A stretch of 64,000 nucleotides of DNA from a virus (IMGVR_UViG_2824993554_000003:36608-100607), one strand, 5' to 3'. Positions 1 to 10,743 are shown, counted from the first letter of the stretch. Translations and numbers: made by a program. The notes: a model not told the origin generated them from the sequence alone.

Positions 1-2
1 GT

Positions 3-152
3 CAATATGCCCGCGATCACTCCATTGCAGGGGACCGGCTGAAGCGGTTCCACATCTTCATGAACGCGATCGACGGCGAGTGGCTGAAGATCCAGCGAGA
101 GCGCGCAGAGGCCGCCGAGGCCGAGCGCAAGAGCAAGGAAGCGCGGCGATAG
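3..152 (+). CDS. 3' end of probable tail assembly chaperone (partial)
   Basis: Open frame QYARDHSIAGDRLKRFHIFMNAIDGEWLKIQRERAEAAEAERKSKEARR* immediately upstream of the tape measure gene. Confidence 0.55.
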   Translation, partial: QYARDHSIAGDRLKRFHIFMNAIDGEWLKIQRERAEAAEAERKSKEARR

Positions 153-183
153 GGCCGCGCTGCCATTCCCAAAGAGGCTTCCC

Positions 184-3100
184 TTGGCTAACGTCGAAAT
201 CCGTACGCTGCGCGTCTCGGCAGAGATGGATGCGAGCAAATACGCTGCTGGCGCCCAGCAGAAGGCTGCTGCCGACGATCGCATGAAGCAATCGGGCAAG
301 GGGCTCGGCGACAGCTTCACGGAAAACGACCAGAAGATCAGCGCCGCGACCAACGTGTTGGCGAAGCTATCTCGTCAGTATGTCGACGGCTATGCGACCA
401 CGCAGCGTTTCAACCAGGCGGTCAACCAGCTGACGCGCGGCGTCGAGCTCGGCAAGATCGAGATGACGCAGGCTTCGGCCATCCTCGACGGCATCTATCG
501 CAAATACGGGATGATGGCCGATGCGGCCAAGATCGCCGAACGAGGGCAGCTTGAGCTTTCCAAGGCGGTGCAGGAGGCAAACACTCGCTTCGAGCAGCAG
601 GCGAGGGTGGTGCCGGCTGGCCAGAGCAGGCCAGCCGCCGGCGTCGCCAACGATAACCAAGCGCAATTCCGACGGCAAAACCTGGGCGCGCAGGTGCAGG
701 ATATCGGCGTGTCGCTGTATGGCGGCATGCCGATCACCACCGTTCTCCTGCAGCAGGGGTCGCAGATCGTCGGCATCTATGGCGGCAATGGTGGTGTCAA
801 CGCGCTCCTCAAGGATCTCGGCGCGATCTTAGCGGCGGCGACCCGCTATGTTCTTCCATTCGCGGCGGCCGGCGCCCTGGCTTATGGCGCCTACAAGCTG
901 TTTGCCGCCAATACCGTCGAAGCGCGGCTGGCGGTCGACGATATCACCAAATCGTTGGCGGCACAGGCGGCGCCGATGGGTGCCGTTCAGTCGCAGCTCG
1001 CCGAGCTGCAAAAGCTCCAGTCGGAATATGCGCAGGCGCTGAACACGACTGCCCGCACGCAAAGCGTGGCTTCGGCCGCTATCGTCGCCGGCACCGAACG
1101 AGAATATGAGGCCAAGCGCACGCTGCTGGAGCTCGAGCTGAAGCGGCAAGAGGCTGCGCGGGCCGTTGCGCAGTCCGAGCTGGAGATCACGTCTTCTCGC
1201 CTGCGGGGCGCAATTGCCCAGCAGGTGACGACGAATATGGATCTTGAACGGCAGGGCTTTTCGGATCCGCGCATCGGACGCTTCACCCAAGTGCCGGACA
1301 GCATCACCGGCATTCAGAAAACCCGCGATCTCCTTGCTACGAATCCGCTCTCGGACACGGTGAAGGAACTCAATGCCAATCTGAGTTTGACCGACATCGC
1401 GCTGCAGAAGCTGCGAGAAGGCCTTAGGCTGGTCGGGCCAGCGGCATCCGGCCAGGTCGGACAGATTAACGAACTCAGCAAGGCGCTCGAGGAGTTGCGC
1501 AAGATTGGCGTCGCCGCAGCTTCGCAGGCCGACGAGGCGGCAGGGCGGGCTATGGCTGCGGTGCCCGTCGTCAACGGCGTCCTCGACGAAGAGGCCCGTC
1601 GCCGCGTGCTGGCGGCTCAGCGCGCGGCACAGCAGCGCCTTGATAACCAGAACCCGACCGTGATCAACGGCGACGGCGCGCGGGTCGGTGTGCCAGTTCC
1701 CATGCAGCGGCCAAACATCGAACTGGAAGGGCTGCCGGGCGAAGAGAAGGCCGGGAAATCGGCGGCGGAGGCGTATCGCGATCTGGTCAAGAGCGCCAAC
1801 GATCGCATCGACCAGATGAAGCTCGAGGCGGCGACTGCGGGGCAGACGGGAATTCAGGCGCAAAAGATGCGCATGGAACTGGAGCTGCTTCAGCAGGCGC
1901 AGGAGAAGGGGCGCACGGTCACGGCGGATCAGCGCGCCGAGATCGAAAAGCTTTCTGAAGCCTATGCCAGGGCTGCGACGGAGGCGGCCAAGGTGCGGCT
2001 GAATGCCGACCTGTCATTCGAGCGCCAGCAGCTTTTCCGCTCGTCCGACGATCAGCAGATCGCGTCGCGGCTGCGCGGTGCGGGTCTGCCGGTCGATCTG
2101 ACCTCGCAGGAAGCGCAGGTCATGCGTGACAACATCCGGATTCAGGAGCTGCGCAACGGGGTGAAGGGCTTCTTCACCGACTTCCGTGACGGACTTCTGC
2201 AGGGCGACAGCGTCGGTAAGGCGCTCGGTGATGCCATCGTCAACGCACTCAATAACGTGCTGACGAAAGTGACCGACCGTTTGATCGAGCAGCTGGTGAA
2301 CTCAATTGTCGGTACAGGATCGGGAGGCGGATTGCTCGGCAAGCTCGGTGTCGGCGGAATCGCTGCCAATGACAATTTCTCGGCCAACACCACTCTCGGG
2401 AAGTTGCTGGGGGCCGGTGGCAGCGGCGCTGCGCCGGTCATTCCGGTTACAAAGGCTCCGCTTGGCGATATCTCCGCCTATGCGGCAGCCATCAAGTCGA
2501 TCGAGAGCAGCGGAAACTATAGGGCGCTCGGTCCGATCACGGCTTCTGGCGATCGAGCCTATGGCGGCTACCAGGTCATGGGCGCCAATGTCGGGCCTTG
2601 GACCCGGCAGGCGCTTGGCTACTCTCTGACGCCGGCGCAATTTCTTGAGAATTCCTCTGCGCAAGATGCAGTCTTTCAGAAGGTCTTCGGCGGCTACGCC
2701 TCGAAATACGGCGCTTCTGGTGCAGCGCAGGCCTGGTTCGGCGGGCCGGGATCGGTTGGTCGCTGTGGCAACGTCGCAGATCAGTTGGGAACGACTGGGA
2801 CGCAATATGTCGATAAATTCAATTCAGCCCTTTCGCGTCTTTCGGGCACGACTGAGTCGGCTTCCTCCGGCCTGCAAAATTTCAATCCCGCCCTTGGCTC
2901 CGCGACGCAAAACCTCGGGACGTTTGGCGGCGGCCTCGGTCAGTTCTCACAGCAGCTGGCGGCGGCAGCAAGCGGTGCAAATAGCCCATCGAGCATGCTT
3001 GGCGGTCTCGGCAGTCTGTTCGGCGGGATTTCGCCGACAAGCTCGCTCTGGGCACCGAATACGACCCTCGGCAGCTTCCTCGTCCGAGGCTTTGCAGAGG

Positions 3101-3432
3101 GCACCGACTTCGCGCCAGGCGGCGTTGCCATGGTTGGGGAACGCGGACGTGAATTGGTGAACCTGCCGCGCGGGTCGCAGGTCGTGCCGAACCACACGAC
3201 GGAAGCAATGCTTTCCGGCAGCCGGAGCCCCGCAAACCTGAACGTGAAATTCAACGTGATCAACAACAACGGATCAAACGTGAGAACGCAGCGGCGCGAT
3301 ACAAATGATGGCCCGCAATTCGACGTGATCATCGACGAGGTAGTGGCTGCCAAGCTTAACACGCCGGGCTCCAGCTCGCGACGTGCTGCCAAATCGCAAT
3401 TCGGTCTATCTGAAGGGCTCGCTCGTCGATGA
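184..3432 (+). CDS. Tail tape measure protein with lysozyme/transglycosylase-like insert
   Basis: 1082 aa Ala/Gln-rich helical protein; lambda-H-like motif QVQDIGVSLYGGMPITTVLLQQGSQI; IKSIESSGNY...AYGGYQVM muramidase-like motif; C-terminal FAEGTDFAPGGVAMVGERGRE. Confidence 0.92.
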   Translation: MANVEIRTLRVSAEMDASKYAAGAQQKAAADDRMKQSGKGLGDSFTENDQKISAATNVLAKLSRQYVDGYATTQRFNQAVNQLTRGVELGKIEMTQASAILDGIYRKYGMMADAAKIAERGQLELSKAVQEANTRFEQQARVVPAGQSRPAAGVANDNQAQFRRQNLGAQVQDIGVSLYGGMPITTVLLQQGSQIVGIYGGNGGVNALLKDLGAILAAATRYVLPFAAAGALAYGAYKLFAANTVEARLAVDDITKSLAAQAAPMGAVQSQLAELQKLQSEYAQALNTTARTQSVASAAIVAGTEREYEAKRTLLELELKRQEAARAVAQSELEITSSRLRGAIAQQVTTNMDLERQGFSDPRIGRFTQVPDSITGIQKTRDLLATNPLSDTVKELNANLSLTDIALQKLREGLRLVGPAASGQVGQINELSKALEELRKIGVAAASQADEAAGRAMAAVPVVNGVLDEEARRRVLAAQRAAQQRLDNQNPTVINGDGARVGVPVPMQRPNIELEGLPGEEKAGKSAAEAYRDLVKSANDRIDQMKLEAATAGQTGIQAQKMRMELELLQQAQEKGRTVTADQRAEIEKLSEAYARAATEAAKVRLNADLSFERQQLFRSSDDQQIASRLRGAGLPVDLTSQEAQVMRDNIRIQELRNGVKGFFTDFRDGLLQGDSVGKALGDAIVNALNNVLTKVTDRLIEQLVNSIVGTGSGGGLLGKLGVGGIAANDNFSANTTLGKLLGAGGSGAAPVIPVTKAPLGDISAYAAAIKSIESSGNYRALGPITASGDRAYGGYQVMGANVGPWTRQALGYSLTPAQFLENSSAQDAVFQKVFGGYASKYGASGAAQAWFGGPGSVGRCGNVADQLGTTGTQYVDKFNSALSRLSGTTESASSGLQNFNPALGSATQNLGTFGGGLGQFSQQLAAAASGANSPSSMLGGLGSLFGGISPTSSLWAPNTTLGSFLVRGFAEGTDFAPGGVAMVGERGRELVNLPRGSQVVPNHTTEAMLSGSRSPANLNVKFNVINNNGSNVRTQRRDTNDGPQFDVIIDEVVAAKLNTPGSSSRRAAKSQFGLSEGLARR

Positions 3433-3782
3433 CCGTTCCTTCCTGGCCCAGCGACCTGCCGCAGGTTTTTCTGCGGGATGGCTACTCCGAGGAGGGGGCT
3501 GACAACCTCCTCGCCAGCAATGTCTCCGTCGGACCGGCGAAGGTGAGGCGCCGAACGACGGCAAATGTCCGGCCAATCACCGGCAGCATGATGATGAACG
3601 AGACGCAATTCCAGGCGCTCGTCGACTTCGTGGCTGACGACATCAAGGATCGGGCGATCGCCTTTACCTTCCCGAATCCACATGGCGGCTCACCGTTGCT
3701 GGTGAGGATGCGCCAGGCGGTCTCCGCGTCGGCCGTCGGGATCGACTGGCGTGTGCAGATCGGCCTCGAGGTGCTGCCTTGA
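3429..3782 (+). CDS. Distal tail (lambda gpM-like) protein
   Basis: 117 aa, WPSDLP...GPAKVRRR motif, overlaps the TMP stop. Confidence 0.7.
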   Translation: MTVPSWPSDLPQVFLRDGYSEEGADNLLASNVSVGPAKVRRRTTANVRPITGSMMMNETQFQALVDFVADDIKDRAIAFTFPNPHGGSPLLVRMRQAVSASAVGIDWRVQIGLEVLP

Positions 3783-4282
3783 GCCGCGACGTTTCCAGCG
3801 GGTTCTTGAGCGCGATTTACGGGCAGGAAACGGACGAGGTTCCGATCTGCCTGCTGACCGTGACGCATGAGAGCCTCGACGAGCCGATCTACATCTCCAG
3901 CGACCCGACGACGCGTCTGTCCGACGAGCCGCTGGTTTACGGCACGGATAGCAGGGGCGAGCAGTACACCTTCCTGCCGTTCGAATTCACGCTGCCTGAC
4001 GACAGAAGCGACAGCCCGCCGCGCGTCGAACTGACGATGGACAACATCGATCGGACGCTGGTTTCGATCCTGCGCACCTTCATGACGCCGCCAAGCATCA
4101 AGCTAGAGATCATTCTTGCTTCCGATCCTGACGTCGTCGAGATCACGATGCCCGTGCTGCAGATGTCCGATGCGACGATCGAGGATCACACGATATCGGT
4201 GACGCTGGTCGCAGATGCGCTGATCAATGAGCCTCATCCGGCCGGCCAGTTCACTCCGGGTTCCTTTCCGGGGTTGTTCTGA
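3779..4282 (+). CDS. Minor tail protein (DUF1833/gpL-like)
   Basis: LPFEFTLP...LTMDNIDR and FTPGSFPGLF C-terminus; synteny between Dit and NlpC/P60. Confidence 0.75.
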   Translation: MSRDVSSGFLSAIYGQETDEVPICLLTVTHESLDEPIYISSDPTTRLSDEPLVYGTDSRGEQYTFLPFEFTLPDDRSDSPPRVELTMDNIDRTLVSILRTFMTPPSIKLEIILASDPDVVEITMPVLQMSDATIEDHTISVTLVADALINEPHPAGQFTPGSFPGLF

Positions 4283-4674
4283 TGGAGCGCTTCATCGGCA
4301 TTCCCTACCTGCCGCACGGCCGCAGCTACGATGGTGCGGACTGCTGGGGTGTCCTGTTTCTCTATTACCGCGATGTGCTCGGCCAGATGCTTCCTTCCTA
4401 TTCAGCCGAGATGCAGGACCTAGAGTTCCATCGCCGGGAAATCTCGCGGCTGGTTGCTGCCGAGAAGGGACATAACTGGGCAGAGGTCGTTGCGCCGGCG
4501 CCCGGCGATTGCGTGCTGATGCGGGTCGGCCGCGACGAAAGCCACGTCGGTGTGTTCCTTGGCGGCGGGCGCATGTTGCATTCCGAGGGGCCGCATCCCT
4601 CGCAGATCGAACGAATGGGCGACATGCGCTGGCGTGATCGCATCACCGGGTATTTCAGGTACATCTCATGCTGA
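4282..4674 (+). CDS. NlpC/P60 family tail assembly protein (gpK-like)
   Basis: IGIPY...GADCWG catalytic Cys, HVGVFLGGGRMLHS. Confidence 0.88.
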   Translation: MERFIGIPYLPHGRSYDGADCWGVLFLYYRDVLGQMLPSYSAEMQDLEFHRREISRLVAAEKGHNWAEVVAPAPGDCVLMRVGRDESHVGVFLGGGRMLHSEGPHPSQIERMGDMRWRDRITGYFRYISC

Positions 4675-7600
4675 CGGTCCGCGACGCGGCTGCCCAGATC
4701 ATCGCGCCTGAAGAGCGGGTCGATGTTTATCTGCGTCGATCGCCTCTAAGGCATGAGCGCGAGCACATTGAGGTGCCGGCCGGTCTCTCGATCGAGGAGA
4801 TCAGTGCTTGCTGCGGGCTGGAGCCGGCGCGGCTGCATGTCACCATCGCCGGCCATGTCATTGAGCAGCGGAACTGGGCGCGGGTACGGGTAAAACCCGG
4901 CGTCGTCGTCGTCATCGTCAAGGTGCCTGGCAAGGGTGCGCTACGTGCAATCGCCGGCCTGGTCGTCGCGATCTTTGCTGCGGTTGTGGCTCCCTGGCTT
5001 GCGACCACCGTGCTTGGATTCACTGCGGGAACCGCGGCGGCCAGTGTTGCCACCGGCCTAATCGGAGCGGGCATCTCTCTTGCCGGCAGTCTGATCATCA
5101 ACGCCCTTTTTCCGGTGGCAAAGCCGGATTCCCTGCCGAAGACGACCACGCTCTACTCGATCGGCGGAGCGCAAAACCAGGCGGCGCAATATGGTGCCAT
5201 ACCCGAGATCTTCGGCACGCACCGGATCTCGCCGCCCTATGCTGCCGGCCCCTATACCGAACTGGTGGGCGATGATCAGTATCTGCGCATGCTCTTCGTC
5301 GTCGGGTACGGGCCGATCGCTGTATCCGATCTGAAGATCGGCGAGACGGCGATTTCCAAGTTCGAAGACGTCAGCTATGAGATCCTGGAGGATCATACGG
5401 TCACGCCGCCGACGCTCTACACCAAACCCGTCTATCAGGAAGACGTCTCCGTGGTCCTGGATGCCGATACGGGGTGGGTTCAGCGGACCACCGCCGACAA
5501 TGTCGACGAGATATCGGTCGACGTCAGCGCCCCGAGCGGGATCTATCGCTACAAATCGTCGAATGGCAGCCGCGTCAACTATACCGTCACCATCGAGGTT
5601 CAGTACAAGCTTTCGAGCAGCAGCACATGGCTTTCGTTCGGCACTTTCGATCTGACATCGAACTCACCGCAGGCGGTGCGTCGGACGCAGACAAGGACCG
5701 TTACCCGAGGCAAATATGATGTTCGGCTAAGCAAATCATCGCCGGACTACAGCGGTAAGGATACCGTGTCGGAGACTGTCTACTGGACGGCAGTCCGTGG
5801 CAGGCGCAACGAGCCGGTCATCAGCTTCTCGAAGCCGTTGACGCTGATCGCCATGCGGATCCGGGCAACGGGGCAGCTCAACGGCACAGTCAACACGCTG
5901 AACTGCATCGCCAGCCCGAAAATTCGCGCATGGAACGGAACGACGTGGTCATCTGGCCAGGTCACCCGCAATCCTGCCGATCACTTCAGGCAAGTCTTGC
6001 AGGGAAATGCGAATGCCAGACCAGTCGACGGAGCGACGATCGATCTCATCAGCTTGCAGGATTGGCACGCTTACTGCGAGGCTAAGGGCTTCACATTCGA
6101 TCTGGTGGCGAGTGAGCAGAAGTCGGTTTATGACCGACTGACGGAAATCGCCGCGGCCGGCCGGGCGGCCGTGTCCTTCCGGGACGGGCGCTGGGGCGTG
6201 ATCTGGGACGTCGCTGATTCGCCGATCGTGCAGCATTTTTCGCCACGTAACTCGGCGAATTTTTCCTCTATAAGGGCTTATGCGGATCTGCCGCACGGCT
6301 TCCGGGTGAAGTTCATAAACCGTGACAACAGCTACCTGAACGACGAGCGGGTGGTCTACGACGACGGATACACCGAGGATAATGCCACCAAATTCGAGGG
6401 CATCGATTTTTCCGGCGTGACCGACAAGGATCTCGTCTGGAAGCATGGACGCTATCACATCGCGCAGCTGCGGCTGCAGCGGGAGACCTATTCGCTCGAT
6501 ACGGATTTCGAGCATCTGGTTTGCACCCGCGGCGATCGGGTGCGCGTCAATCATGACGTCGTGCTCTGGGGCGCCGGCGCGGCCAGGGTGAGGAGCGTCA
6601 GCTCGGCGCCGGACGGCGTCGTGATCGATGATCTGCTGACGATGGAGTCCGGCAAGACCTATTCCATGCGGTTCCGGGCGGCCGACGGGTCGTCGATCGT
6701 GCGGACGATCACGGGTGTCGACGGCGAGTTCAACTCATTCCTCTTCTCCGACGCTGGTTCCCTGCCAGCGGCGGGCGACCTTGCGATGTTCGGCGAGAAC
6801 GGCTTAGAGAGCGTCGTCTTGCGGGTCAAAAGCATCATGGCGCGGCAAGACCTTTCCGCTCGCCTGGAGCTGGTCGACGACGCGCCAGCGATCATGCAGG
6901 CTGACACCGGCACGATCCCGCCCTTCGAGACGGGTATCGCGCCGGTGCCAGACTATCGCGCCTCGGCGCCATCGGGATTTTCCTATGTCGAGACAGTCTG
7001 GACAACGGCGCCGGCGACATCGGCGATCGACATGGCCTGGCAGGCACCGGATGCCGGCGCGGCCGCATCCTACATCGTGCAGTACCGGGCCAATGGTGAC
7101 ACCGAATGGATCACGACATCGAGCGTCAGTGCGCCGGCAATCCGTCTGGTCGATCTCGCCACGGGCGTCTTTGACGTTCGTATCCGCGCGGTGTTTGCCA
7201 ATGGTGAATTGTCCGGCTTCCTGACGGCATCCTTCGTCTGCGCAATCTTCGCCTCCAACCCGGCCGATGTCGAAGACTTCCGGGTCGCGATCAGCGGCGA
7301 TGTCGCAATGCTGCAGTGGACGCTTCAGGTCGACCAAGCGCTCTCGCACTGCGAAATTCGTTTTACGCCGGCGATAACAGGCGCAACCTGGCAGACTGCC
7401 ACGCAGTTGCGGACAAATGTGCTCGGCTCGCAGGCGCAGGTTCCGGCCATGATCGGCACCTATCTGATCAAGGCCGTGAACTACGCGGGGCTAATGTCGG
7501 TGAATGCGGCGCTCGTCGTCAGTACCGTCAACCCGCTCACGGCATTCAATGCGGTCGAGGCCCTGCAGGAAGCTCCGGGTTTTGTGGGGACCAAGACCGG

Positions 7601-8309
7601 GGTCGTCGTTGCCGGCGGAACCCTCATGCTGGATTCCGCCACGAATGTGTTTGAGCTCGTCGATTGGTTTGCAGTCGACGACTATTTCCTGTCGGTGGGT
7701 GGCTTTGAAGTTGAGGGCATCTACGAGTTCGCCGACATCATCGATCTCGGGGACATCTACACGTCCCGCGTGACGGCTGCGGTCGGAGCGTTCGGAGTTG
7801 TGGCGAGCCTCGATTTGTTCGCCCGTCCGGATTGGTATGGGGTGCCTGAATTCTTCGGGCTGGTTTCGGATTCGCTCTGGAACGTACGCGTGGAGGTTTC
7901 CTCGACATCGGATAATCCAGCAGGATCGCCAACGTGGTCTGATTGGGCCGAACTGGTGACGTCGGATGTCTCTGCCAGGGCTTATCGGTTTCGGGCGAAG
8001 TTACAGTCGCTTCAGTTCGATGTGACGCCTGTGGTGGCTGCGCTGGGTGTCACCGTCGATATGCCGGACCGCGTCATTGCCGAAAACGATCTGTTAGTGA
8101 CGACGTCAGGGCGCACGATCAGCTTCTCTCCGTCTTATTATGTCCTCAGCGGAATTTCGATTGCCGCGCAGAACATGCTGACCGGAGATTATTCCGAGAT
8201 CACGGCAAAAACTGCATCCGGTTTCACCATCAGATTCAGGAACTCGTCGGGCACGCCGGTCGCGCGGACATTCGACTATGTGGCAAAAGGGTATGGATAC
8301 GTTCAATGA
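4668..8309 (+). CDS. Tail tip / host specificity protein (gpI+gpJ-like fusion)
   Basis: 1213 aa; N-terminal ubiquitin-like/gpI-like part with hydrophobic segment, YGAIPEIFG, TRNPAD, Fn3-like segments. Confidence 0.88.
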   Translation: MLTVRDAAAQIIAPEERVDVYLRRSPLRHEREHIEVPAGLSIEEISACCGLEPARLHVTIAGHVIEQRNWARVRVKPGVVVVIVKVPGKGALRAIAGLVVAIFAAVVAPWLATTVLGFTAGTAAASVATGLIGAGISLAGSLIINALFPVAKPDSLPKTTTLYSIGGAQNQAAQYGAIPEIFGTHRISPPYAAGPYTELVGDDQYLRMLFVVGYGPIAVSDLKIGETAISKFEDVSYEILEDHTVTPPTLYTKPVYQEDVSVVLDADTGWVQRTTADNVDEISVDVSAPSGIYRYKSSNGSRVNYTVTIEVQYKLSSSSTWLSFGTFDLTSNSPQAVRRTQTRTVTRGKYDVRLSKSSPDYSGKDTVSETVYWTAVRGRRNEPVISFSKPLTLIAMRIRATGQLNGTVNTLNCIASPKIRAWNGTTWSSGQVTRNPADHFRQVLQGNANARPVDGATIDLISLQDWHAYCEAKGFTFDLVASEQKSVYDRLTEIAAAGRAAVSFRDGRWGVIWDVADSPIVQHFSPRNSANFSSIRAYADLPHGFRVKFINRDNSYLNDERVVYDDGYTEDNATKFEGIDFSGVTDKDLVWKHGRYHIAQLRLQRETYSLDTDFEHLVCTRGDRVRVNHDVVLWGAGAARVRSVSSAPDGVVIDDLLTMESGKTYSMRFRAADGSSIVRTITGVDGEFNSFLFSDAGSLPAAGDLAMFGENGLESVVLRVKSIMARQDLSARLELVDDAPAIMQADTGTIPPFETGIAPVPDYRASAPSGFSYVETVWTTAPATSAIDMAWQAPDAGAAASYIVQYRANGDTEWITTSSVSAPAIRLVDLATGVFDVRIRAVFANGELSGFLTASFVCAIFASNPADVEDFRVAISGDVAMLQWTLQVDQALSHCEIRFTPAITGATWQTATQLRTNVLGSQAQVPAMIGTYLIKAVNYAGLMSVNAALVVSTVNPLTAFNAVEALQEAPGFVGTKTGVVVAGGTLMLDSATNVFELVDWFAVDDYFLSVGGFEVEGIYEFADIIDLGDIYTSRVTAAVGAFGVVASLDLFARPDWYGVPEFFGLVSDSLWNVRVEVSSTSDNPAGSPTWSDWAELVTSDVSARAYRFRAKLQSLQFDVTPVVAALGVTVDMPDRVIAENDLLVTTSGRTISFSPSYYVLSGISIAAQNMLTGDYSEITAKTASGFTIRFRNSSGTPVARTFDYVAKGYGYVQ

Positions 8310-9448
8310 GCCAAGCAACCAACTTTAGTGTTCCCACAACGGGGCCGGCATCGCCGACTGTGATGGCGACGCGCATGGATGATAGCTATCAAGCGCTTCT
8401 CAGCAGCCATTCAGGTGCTTCGCGGCCGGCCTATGCGGTTGCGGGCACGTTCTGGATCTCGACGGCCACAGCGGGTCAGCTGAAACTTTATCTTTATGAC
8501 GGATCCGATGACGTTTTGCTGATGGTGCTCGACACGGCGACCAATGCCGTGACTTTCAGCGGCCTCGGCGCTGCGATCAACGCTGCGACGGCGAAGACGG
8601 CGCCGGTCGGCGCCGACAAGCTGGGAATCTGGGACAGCGTGGCCGGGGACACGAAGAGCCTCACGCTCACCGTTCTGAGCACCTGGCTGGCTCCTCTCCT
8701 GGGGCCAGACTTCGTTCAAGGGGGGATTGTTCTTCCCAATGGGTCTACACCGCTCACGCATCTGGATATCGCCGCATTCACGGTAAAAGCGCTGAGCAAG
8801 GTCGCGATATCGGCAGGCACGCTGACGAAGAACATCAACGGAACCTGGGTGGCTGGAAATGGCGGCGGTCTCGATACGGGCACCAAGGCGGCAAACGCGA
8901 CCTATTTCGTCTATGCACTGCGCAAGCAGTCGGACGGAAGCGGCGAGGTGGTGCTTTCGACGTCGGCGACTGTCGGCGGCGTCAACACCTCGCTTCTGAC
9001 CGGCTACGACGTCCTGGCGCCGATCGGCGTCGCGCTGACGGACGGCAGCTCGAACATTCGCGAGTTCGTCATGAATGCCCGTGATGAATACACTTTCACG
9101 TCGCCTGTTAGGGACGCGGCGAGTGTCGCCGTCTCCACAACGTCGGCACTCCTAACCTTGACCGTGCCCAACGGCGTGAAGGTGAAAGCAAAGCTTCGTT
9201 TTGAGCTAACGTCCAGCGCCACCACCAACGCTGCCCTCTTTTCTGATCCGGCCCAGGGAACTCTTGTTGCCGGCATTGCTGATTCCGGCGCAAACGTGGG
9301 TGCGATCCAAGTCGCGAGCAGCTTTGCGGTCGGCAGCCAAGACGTGTGGACGAACACGGCCAAGCAGGTTCGGCAAGTTTCAGGTGCGTCCGGCAGCGTG
9401 TGGGTTTGGACGGACGGGTTTTACTTCCCATGCAAGAGGATCGCATAA
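8306..9448 (+). CDS. Tail fibre / receptor-binding protein
   Basis: ATGA overlap with J stop gives the true start at 8306 (MSQATNF); SHSGASRPAYAVAGTFW anchor motif; C-terminal half clearly homologous to 52209-53564. Confidence 0.8.
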   Translation: MSQATNFSVPTTGPASPTVMATRMDDSYQALLSSHSGASRPAYAVAGTFWISTATAGQLKLYLYDGSDDVLLMVLDTATNAVTFSGLGAAINAATAKTAPVGADKLGIWDSVAGDTKSLTLTVLSTWLAPLLGPDFVQGGIVLPNGSTPLTHLDIAAFTVKALSKVAISAGTLTKNINGTWVAGNGGGLDTGTKAANATYFVYALRKQSDGSGEVVLSTSATVGGVNTSLLTGYDVLAPIGVALTDGSSNIREFVMNARDEYTFTSPVRDAASVAVSTTSALLTLTVPNGVKVKAKLRFELTSSATTNAALFSDPAQGTLVAGIADSGANVGAIQVASSFAVGSQDVWTNTAKQVRQVSGASGSVWVWTDGFYFPCKRIA

Positions 9449-9804
9449 TGGCTTATGTATCACGATCGGATGATGGTGCTATCAACGGCGTGTTCGAGCA
9501 GCTTCAGCAAGGTCGGGCGGAGGAGTTTCTTGACGACGGTGACTCCTCCGTCATTTCCTATCTGACCAAGCAGCCCGTAGCAACGGCAGTATCTGCTCGG
9601 CAATTCAAGCTGCAGCTTTTGGCTGCGGGACTTTTAGATGAAGTTGATACTTGGGTGGCACAACAATCGCGCGACGTTCAGATTGCCTACGAATACAGTG
9701 GCACATTCGTGAAAGACAGTCAGATGATGGCGGAAGGGTTCGCTGCCATGGGCTTTTCAGCTCAGCAGATCGATGCCTTCTTTCAAGCTGCTGCTGCTCT
9801 CTGA
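9448..9804 (+). CDS. Tail fibre-associated/assembly protein
   Basis: TAATG overlap; VSARQFKLQLLAAGLLD...QQIDAFFQAAAAL; paralogue at 53564-53920. Confidence 0.65.
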   Translation: MAYVSRSDDGAINGVFEQLQQGRAEEFLDDGDSSVISYLTKQPVATAVSARQFKLQLLAAGLLDEVDTWVAQQSRDVQIAYEYSGTFVKDSQMMAEGFAAMGFSAQQIDAFFQAAAAL

Positions 9805-10743
9805 GCACTCCCAAGCCTTCTTCGCGCGCCTTGCGGCAGCATGAGAGGGCTTCTCCACCCACCTATAGAACGGATAAACCAGCGCAAGTGAAATGGAACA
9901 GACGACCACTGGAGGCGTCACGATCCACTCGACTGCGGTCGCCGCGATTACGTGGACGAGATAAATAGAGAAGCAGGCGGCGCCGATGCTTTCTAGGGCC
10001 TTGATGGGGCCTTGATAGGTCGCACTGCTAATCTCGGCCGATATCCAGCAGGCTGCCAGCACAGAGAATGGCGTCATGGTCAGATAGAAGCCGGCAGGGG
10101 TGTTGATTGTTGCCCAATAGAGGATGGAAGCAATGACCGCGGTGACGACGCGCCAGAGCCACACATTGCCGGGGAGCTTAAGACGATCGAAGTTCTCGGC
10201 GAGATAGCAGCCGATCAACCAAGCGGGAAGCCCGACAACCCAGTTGAGCATCGGCCCATATGATTGAGCATTGCCATATCGATCAGGCCCCACGCCGATC
10301 GCAACACCATACGATGCGATCACCGAAGTGGCGATGAGCAGCGGCCACCCTATGCGACGGGCCGCAGGCAACAATATGGGGTAAAGGCAATAGTAAACCG
10401 CCTCGCAGATGACGGACCAGAGAATGTAGCCGTCAACCGGATTGTAAGCCGCAATTCCGACGGCCTGGGCCAGAAGGAAGGCAACAGCGGCCGGCGGGAC
10501 TATCCGAAGAAAACGCCCGGCCAGGAACGGGGCCGCCGCAAGGTCGGCGCTTCGATACGGGTAATGGATGCAGAACCCTGAAACCACAAAGAAGGCGATG
10601 ACCGCCGGGTGCCCTGTGAAAATGTACTTGGCAATGCCTGGCATAGAGGGGCCGAGCAGGTGGGCAAACATCACGGATAGGGCCGCGATAGCTCTGACAG
10701 TATTGAGGCCAACCACATGGCGCTTCGAAAGAAGACTCGACAT
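9757..10743 (-). CDS. Acyltransferase family 3 (OafA-like polysaccharide O-acyltransferase), moron
   Basis: GLNTVRAIAALSVMFAH, VIAFFVVSGF, RFLRIVP, WSVICEAVYY, FSIYLVH, YRWVEKP; multi-TM; antisense to the late operon. Confidence 0.9.
   Translation of the reverse strand: MSSLLSKRHVVGLNTVRAIAALSVMFAHLLGPSMPGIAKYIFTGHPAVIAFFVVSGFCIHYPYRSADLAAAPFLAGRFLRIVPPAAVAFLLAQAVGIAAYNPVDGYILWSVICEAVYYCLYPILLPAARRIGWPLLIATSVIASYGVAIGVGPDRYGNAQSYGPMLNWVVGLPAWLIGCYLAENFDRLKLPGNVWLWRVVTAVIASILYWATINTPAGFYLTMTPFSVLAACWISAEISSATYQGPIKALESIGAACFSIYLVHVIAATAVEWIVTPPVVVCSISLALVYPFYRWVEKPSHAAARRAKKAWECSESSSSLKEGIDLLS

Noticed and set aside
7943-8305. N-terminal extension of the 501-aa fibre ORF
   Set aside because: Overlaps gene J out of frame; ATGA coupling indicates a start at 8306
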